A DNA stretch of 64,000 bases from an uncultured Actinomycetes bacterium (GTDB taxonomy: Bacteria > Actinomycetota > Acidimicrobiia > IMCC26256 > JACDBD01). The notes beneath the pieces were generated by a model that saw only the letters and a list, made by a program, of their open reading frames with translations, searched no databases and was not told the DNA's origin. Location: assembly GCA_963768605.1 (NCBI GenBank), contig CAVYIP010000007.1, positions 44,726 to 108,725 on the forward strand, written 5' to 3'. The position numbers and the translations under genes were made by a program. Below are positions 58,792 to 64,000 of the stretch, in pieces (position 1 is the stretch's first letter; every line of letters starts with the position of its first letter).

Positions 58792-59725
58792 CTATGTACG
58801 AACGGATACTGGGACCGCACGGGCAAGGCATTGCTTCACCTGTGCGACGCCGTAGGCGGCTTCTTCCGAAGAGCTCGCGACCGGTTGCAGATGGAACGTG
58901 CGGACGCCGGCCTCGACGTACGGCACGAGCGCAGCGGCGATGTCCTCGGGCGTTCCCGCCGGGCTGTAGCGGTCGAGGGCGTCGAACGGCATGCCGTAGA
59001 AGCGCTCCATCGCAGGGGCGAGCCTGGCGCGGCCGTCCTCGACGGTGGGCCCGAAGCCGCACCACAGCTCGAGCGAGTGTCGCCATGCGACGTCCTCGCG
59101 GCCGGCGCTCTCGGCGTGCTCGGCGATGCGCGCGATGGACTCGGCGCAGCGCCGCGGGGAGGAGAACACAGCGGTCCACCCGTCACCGAGCGTCGCGGCC
59201 CGCACGGAGCGCAGCGTCGCTCTTGCCGCCGACGATCAGGGGAACCCACGGATCCGGGGCCGGCAACACCTGCACGTCTTGCAGACGGAAGAAGTCGCCG
59301 TCGAGCGTGACCGACTCGCCGGCAAGAAGCCGGCGCAACACGTACAGCGACTCCGTGGCGCGGCGACCGCGCGTGCGCATGTCGACACCGCAGCTCTCGA
59401 CCTCACGCGGGTCTTCGCCCGCGATCCCGACGCCGAAGGTGAGCCGGCCCGGCGCGAAATGCGCGAGCGTCGCCACCTGCCGGGCGACGGCGACGGGATG
59501 GCGTAGCGGCAACTGGTAGACGCCCACGTACAAGCCGATCGTGGGGTCGAGACCGGCATACGTTGCGACCGTGGTCAAGCCGTCGACGCCGTATCCGCCT
59601 TGGAAGCACACGTGGTCGGTGCTCCCGACGAAGTCGAGGCCGGCGGCCGCCGCGATCGCCACGCGATCGCGCGCGTCCTCATTCAGCGTCTCGACCGTGA
59701 GGATCCCGACGCGGATATCGCTCAA
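58792..59725 (-). pseudogene. LLM class F420-dependent oxidoreductase; one frame break
   Basis: ORF 59183-59725 (..GLDFVGSTDHV...FGVGIAGE...LIVGGKSDAAL) continues in ORF 58792-59205 (RAATLGDGW...GTPEDIAAAL). The break is near 59200. Confidence 0.8.
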
Positions 59726-59860
59726 GCTTCCGTCCTTGCCACCCGGGGGGCCGGACGGCTGCTATGCGACCTTGCGGGTGGACAGTTGACCCGAGACCAT
59801 CAACGGTCCGATGGACCATTGGGTCTGTAGACCCCCAAACCCTAACGAACGTTACGGGCG

Positions 59861-60891
59861 TCAGGCAGGGAGCCGAAAGAGACAGCGCGAAGTCGCCGCC
59901 GGGGTCGGTCCACCAGGCAGCAACGGCGAGGCCGGCGGCGGCAAGCTCCGCCTCGACCCGCTCACGGCGGAACTTGGCGCTGATCTCCGTGCGCATCTCC
60001 TCGCCGTCGGCAAACTCGACCCGCAGATCGAGCTCGCGCACGCGCACCGTTTGTGCGCCTTGCGACCGGAGGCGCATTTCGATCCACTCGTCCGCCGGGT
60101 TCCACCGCGCGATGTGCGTGAAGCGTTCCGGCGCGAAGTCGGCCGCGAGCTCCCGATTCAGCACGGAGAGGACGTTGCGGTTGAACGCCGCCGTCACCCC
60201 GGCGGAGTCGTCGTACGCGGCTTCCAGCCGGCGGGGGTCCTTGACGAGGTCGGTGCCGAGCAGGAGCGCGTCGTCCGGCGCGAGCCCGGCCGCGATGCTC
60301 CGGTAGAAGCGCGCCCGGCCGTCCGGGTCGAGGTTGCCGATCGTGCTGCCGAGGAACGCCACGAGGCGCGTGCCGCCCGTGGGCAGGCGGTCGAGGTGGC
60401 GCTCGAAGTCGCCGACGACGGCGTGCACGTCGACGCCGGCGTACTCGGCCTCGATCGCGCTTGCCGCGTCGCGCAGGGTCGGCTCGCTGACGTCGAACGG
60501 AACGAACCGCCGCAGCGAACCGTGCGCCGACAGCGCGTCCAGTAGCAGCCGCGTCTTCTCCGACGTGCCCGAGCCCAGCTCGACGAGCGTGTCCGCGGAC
60601 GTGCGCGCCGCGATATCGCCGGCGTGCCCGGCGAGGATCACGCGCTCGGTACGCGTCGGGTAGTACTCCGGCAGCCGAGTGATCTCGTCGAAGAGCAGGC
60701 AGCCTTCCTCGTCGTAGAACCACTTCGGCGGCAGGACCTTCGGGCTCGCGGTGAGCCCGCCGCGCGCGTCGGCACGCAGCGCGGCGGTGAGGTCGTCGGG
60801 CCCGAGGTGGACGTCGACGCGAGACGGCGATGAGGTGGGGGAGATGGCGGACCTCTCGATCAGAACGGGCGGACTTCGAGCTTGTCGTCAC
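59861..60891 (-). pseudogene. egtD: Histidine N-alpha-methyltransferase EgtD; start and stop both displaced from the main frame
   Basis: [47 protein letters not shown] and [14 protein letters not shown] match EgtD. The main frame has no ATG/GTG/TTG upstream of the conserved N-terminus and no stop until 59679. GTG 60891 and TGA 59863-59861 each become in-frame with one +1 step. Confidence 0.82.
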
Positions 60892-61609
60892 CGAGCTCGA
60901 CGACGGAGCCGTCGTCGACGACCGCCCAGCTCGGGTCGTCGTCGTACGGCTCGGACGCGATCACGACCGCCCCGGTGAGCTGGCGATCGTCGAGCACGAA
61001 GAGCGAGTTTCGGCACGCAGTGGCCGCGACCCGCTCACCGTCGGTCAGCAGGAAGTTCAGGCGCGCCGTCGTGAGCTCGTCGACGAGTCCGACGACGGAG
61101 ACCAAGGCCTCGGCGGGCGGCGCGCCGGCGTCGAGACGGTCCAGCACGAGCGCGAACAAGAGCTCGGAGTCCGTCGCGCCCGCCATCGCGTGCACACGCG
61201 TCTCGCTGACCTTGCGCCGCAGCTCCCGGCCGACGCCGGTGCTGAATCCCGGCACGAACCCGTTGTGCGAGAAGAGCCACGGGCCGTCCGTGAACGGCGG
61301 GGTGCACGTCTCCTCGACCGCCATGCCCGGTGAGGCCGATCGCACCGCGGCGAGAACGGCGTTCGAGCTCACGAGGCCGGCGATGCTCGCGAACGAGGGG
61401 TCGGCCCAGATCTGACGCGTCGTGCGGTAGCGAGCGGGCTCGGCCCGCTTGTCGCGGTCGTACCAGCCGACACCGAACCCGTCGGCGTTGATCGTCCCGT
61501 GGGTCTGGTAGCGCGGCGCGAACGCTTGTTGCAGGAGCGAGTGCTCCGGCTTGATGATCAGCTTCTCGAGCGTGACCGAAGGTCCGACGTAGGCGAGGTG
61601 GCGGCACAT
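60860..61609 (-). CDS. egtC: Ergothioneine biosynthesis amidohydrolase EgtC (class II glutamine amidotransferase fold)
   Basis: The N-terminus is MCRHLAY (nucleophile Cys2), with ..[10 protein letters not shown].. and ..LFSHNG.. Intact, 249 aa. Confidence 0.88.
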   Translation of the reverse strand: MCRHLAYVGPSVTLEKLIIKPEHSLLQQAFAPRYQTHGTINADGFGVGWYDRDKRAEPARYRTTRQIWADPSFASIAGLVSSNAVLAAVRSASPGMAVEETCTPPFTDGPWLFSHNGFVPGFSTGVGRELRRKVSETRVHAMAGATDSELLFALVLDRLDAGAPPAEALVSVVGLVDELTTARLNFLLTDGERVAATACRNSLFVLDDRQLTGAVVIASEPYDDDPSWAVVDDGSVVELGDDKLEVRPF

Positions 61610-61615
61610 GTCGGT

Positions 61616-62824
61616 CTAGGCGTCGGCCGCGCAGCGGAAGCCGGCGAAGATCTGCCGGCGGATCGGATAGTCCCAGTTCCGGAACGTGGCGCGACGCACG
61701 CTGTCGTCGCTCGCCCACGATCCGCCCCGCAGCACTTTGTACTCGGGGCCGAAGAACACCTCCGAGTACTCGCGGTACGGGAACGACACGAAGCCCGGGT
61801 ACCCGGCGAAGTCGGTGGCCGTCCACTCCCATACGTCGCCGACCATCTGCTGCGGCCCATCGGGCTCGCCGTCGCGCGCCGCCGCCGTCTCCCATTCCGC
61901 CTCGGTCGGGAGACGGGCGCCGCGCCACGTGGCGAACGCCTCCGCCTCGTGCCAGCAGACGTGCTGGACCGGCTCGTCGAGCGGCAGCTCCTCCCGCCGA
62001 CCGAAGCGACGGCGCGACCAGTCGCCGCCCCCTTCGCGCCTCCAGAACTGCGGTGCCTCGACCGCCGCATCCTGACGCCAGTCCCACCCCGCGGCGCTCC
62101 ACAGCCGTGCGTCGCCGTAGCCGCCGTCCTCGACGAAGGCGAGGTACTGGCCGTTCGTGACCGGCGTGCGGTCGATCCGGAACGGCGGCATCTCGACCGC
62201 GTGCCGAGGACGTTCGTTGTCGTACACCCACGCGTGCTCGTCCGTGCCGATCGCGTACGTCCCTCCGTCGATCGCCACGTTTTCCGGGACGCCGGACGGG
62301 GGAGCGCCCGGTTCGCGGCCGAGAACGGGCGTCGGGTGCCACCCGTCGGCATCGGGATGGGCGAAGTTCTCCATGAGCTGGATGGTGGCGAGCATCGTCT
62401 CGTCGTGCTGGTGCTCGTGCTGGACGACCATTCCGTACACGAAGCCGTCGCGCACCAGCGGATCGTCGCCGTCGAGATCGATCGTCGCCAGCGCGTCGAG
62501 CACGCGCTTGCGCACGCCGGCGACGAAGGCGCGAGCTTCCGGCGGTCCCAGGATCGGCAGTGACGGGCGGTCCCGGCGCGGGTGCTTGAACGCGTCGTAG
62601 ACGTCGTCGAAGAGCTCATTGGTCGGGGCGGCGCCCACGACGTTGCGCAGCAGCCACAGCTCTTCGTAATGGCCGATGTGCGCGAGGTCCCAGACGAGGG
62701 GCGACATCAGCGGAGAGACCTGGTCGACGAGGTCGGTGTCGGCGATCGGCGCGAGGAGCCCGAGCGTGCGCGCCCGCGCGCCCTCGAGCCCGGCCTCGAC
62801 GCGGCTGGTGGTGTCGACGGTCAC
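61616..62824 (-). CDS. egtB: Ergothioneine biosynthesis sulfoxide synthase EgtB (DinB_2 plus FGE-sulfatase domains)
   Basis: The GTG at 62824 overlaps the egtA stop. Motifs are LVWDLAHIGHYEELW, VVQHEHQHDET, and the C-terminal GDVWEWT...RGGSW. Confidence 0.92.
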   Translation of the reverse strand: MTVDTTSRVEAGLEGARARTLGLLAPIADTDLVDQVSPLMSPLVWDLAHIGHYEELWLLRNVVGAAPTNELFDDVYDAFKHPRRDRPSLPILGPPEARAFVAGVRKRVLDALATIDLDGDDPLVRDGFVYGMVVQHEHQHDETMLATIQLMENFAHPDADGWHPTPVLGREPGAPPSGVPENVAIDGGTYAIGTDEHAWVYDNERPRHAVEMPPFRIDRTPVTNGQYLAFVEDGGYGDARLWSAAGWDWRQDAAVEAPQFWRREGGGDWSRRRFGRREELPLDEPVQHVCWHEAEAFATWRGARLPTEAEWETAAARDGEPDGPQQMVGDVWEWTATDFAGYPGFVSFPYREYSEVFFGPEYKVLRGGSWASDDSVRRATFRNWDYPIRRQIFAGFRCAADA

Positions 62825-64000
62825 GCCCACGTCGCCGCCGCGAACTGGTCGGGCTCGGGGATCAGCGTCCCGTCGTCCTGCCACGCGTCGAGTCGGTCGT
62901 CGGCGGGGCAACGGCCGCGGTCCACGTAGCGGTCGACGAACGCCTCGACCGCCAGCACGGTGGTCGCGTCGGTGCCGAGGCGCACCATCGCCTGCAGCGC
63001 GACGTCGAACGCGTCCCGGGCGGCACCGGCGAGATCGGGATGGCCGAGGCCGTGGCGGGCGGCGTCGAGCCAGCGCCCACGCGTGGGTGCGATCGCGTCC
63101 GCGGCGGCCTCGGCCGCCGTGTCGTCGCACACGAGCGTGGTGGAGACGGCTACGGCGGCGCGCCACCACGGGTCGGGAAGCGAGTCGATCATCCGCATCT
63201 CGAGCCAGCCGCGCGGCCGCACGGGTGGGAACAGCGTCGTGAAGTGGTACTCGACGTCGTCGAGGGTCGGGAAGCCGAGCTCGTGGCCGTCCGCGATCCA
63301 GTCGCCGAGCGTCAGCGGCTCGAGGATGGGCACGTAGCGGGACTCGTCCCGGCGGATGAACATCACGCGCGCCGCGAGCGCGTAGTCGGTCCACTGCCGC
63401 ACCGGGTCGGGCTCGCCGTTGCCGTCGGCGGCGGTGGTGCGGCACTCGTCGACGTCGGTCCAGACCGCCAACCGGCGCGAGCGCCACCCGCTGGGCGCGC
63501 CATCCGACAGCGGCGAGTTGGCGAACGCGGCGGCGAGCAGGGGGCCGGCGTCGTGGGCGCGGTGCCAGCGCCGGGCGGCGTCTTCGGGGGTCGGCCCGAG
63601 GTCGACGTTCACCTGCACGGCGGCGGTCGATCGCATCATCGTGCGACCGGCGGCGCACTGGGCGTCGAAGTAGGCCTCCATCGCCTCGTAGCGGGGCGAG
63701 TCGACGCAGCGGGCCCGGGCGGGGCCGGGATCGAGGCCGAGCCCGACCAGGCCGACGCCGTGGTCCGCGAGGGCGGCGGTCAGCGCGGCGGCGTCGGCGG
63801 CGATGGACGCGCACGCGGGGCCGATGCCGCGCAGCGGCGGCGAGCTCAGCTCGACCTGGCCGCCGGGCTCGAAGGTGAGGCGGCTGCCGGCGGGAAGCTC
63901 GGCACCCGCCTCACCCACGACCTCGGGCCGTACCGGTTCGGTCGGGTCGGCCAGGCAGACGGCCAGCCACTCGATCTCGACGCCGACCCGCCCCGAGGGC
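62821..64000 (-). CDS. egtA: Glutamate-cysteine ligase family protein EgtA; 5' end beyond the window
   Basis: The GCS2-type body is (FEPGGQVELSS...STAAVQVNVD...RMFIRR..) and the frame stays open upstream of the listed Met to the window end. Position is directly upstream of egtB. Confidence 0.82.
   Translation of the reverse strand, partial: PSGRVGVEIEWLAVCLADPTEPVRPEVVGEAGAELPAGSRLTFEPGGQVELSSPPLRGIGPACASIAADAAALTAALADHGVGLVGLGLDPGPARARCVDSPRYEAMEAYFDAQCAAGRTMMRSTAAVQVNVDLGPTPEDAARRWHRAHDAGPLLAAAFANSPLSDGAPSGWRSRRLAVWTDVDECRTTAADGNGEPDPVRQWTDYALAARVMFIRRDESRYVPILEPLTLGDWIADGHELGFPTLDDVEYHFTTLFPPVRPRGWLEMRMIDSLPDPWWRAAVAVSTTLVCDDTAAEAAADAIAPTRGRWLDAARHGLGHPDLAGAARDAFDVALQAMVRLGTDATTVLAVEAFVDRYVDRGRCPADDRLDAWQDDGTLIPEPDQFAAATWA

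Noticed and set aside
59726-59860. The non-coding stretch after egtD, with small palindromes (GGGTCTGTAGACCC, TAACGAACGTTA), was considered as a riboswitch or small RNA. Other intergenic regions were also scanned by eye for tRNA-like sequences.
   Set aside because: It is too short and lacks any recognisable riboswitch core. No cloverleaf-compatible sequence was seen anywhere. The palindromes are better explained as promoter or operator elements for the downstream LLM-fabH genes.

Overview
Very GC-rich, gene-dense chromosomal segment of actinobacterial type (WhiB regulators, F420/LLM oxidoreductases, ergothioneine genes, Eis, UPF0182). I saw no rRNA, tRNA, CRISPR array, transposase or integrase.

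Gene order:
- 1-4136: AAA+ ATPase fragment, J-domain/DUF3592 protein, lipoprotein, SRPBCC protein, VWA protein.
- 4270-7171: macro-domain protein, whiB, glutamate formimidoyltransferase, LLM oxidoreductase.
- 7260-11241: envelope-stress locus (tatA, ECF sigma, anti-sigma, RseB-like protein, whiB, htrA).
- 11.5-23.5 kb: phosphate block (phoU, divergent pstSCAB, senX3-regX3, HD protein, Nudix/histidine-phosphatase, CYTH-CHAD, ppk1).
- 23.8-34.5 kb: MFS transporter, eis, a HAD/PLC-like fusion protein, hbd, NADP oxidoreductase, HExxH metalloprotease, epimerase, fused siroheme-decarboxylase-like gene, second HtrA.
- 34.5-43.9 kb: moaE, orphan mreB, LLM oxidoreductase, HEAT protein, PDZ-Lon protease, DivIVA-domain protein, UPF0182.
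- 44.0-47.9 kb: sufB, sufD, Rieske, sufC.
- 47.9-55.1 kb: TetR/P450, SnoaL, two L,D-transpeptidases, LLM oxidoreductase plus hydrolase, redoxin.
- 55.2-57.7 kb: a second, inverted suf half-operon (sufC-sufS-sufU).
- 57.8-64.0 kb: fabH-like gene, LLM oxidoreductase, egtDCBA (egtA runs off the window).

The dominant non-standard signal is about 50 reading-frame breaks, found by following homologous protein segments between frames. Nearly all behave as one extra base, and half of them fall in the phosphate block. Non-coding repeats and palindromes show the same one-extra-base defect, so I treat this as most likely a consensus or assembly artefact, but it needs read-level checking.

Other observations worth a second look:
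- a shared AT-rich motif upstream of both suf loci
- 11-bp-phased PHO-box-like repeats in the phoU/pstS intergenic region
- a 19-20 bp direct repeat bracketing a single SnoaL gene
- a HAD/PLC-like phosphoesterase fusion
- a DivIVA protein with a PE repeat and a Mu-F-like Cys tail

I did not find a convincing novel multi-gene system such as a defence island. All coordinates of frame breaks are approximate.
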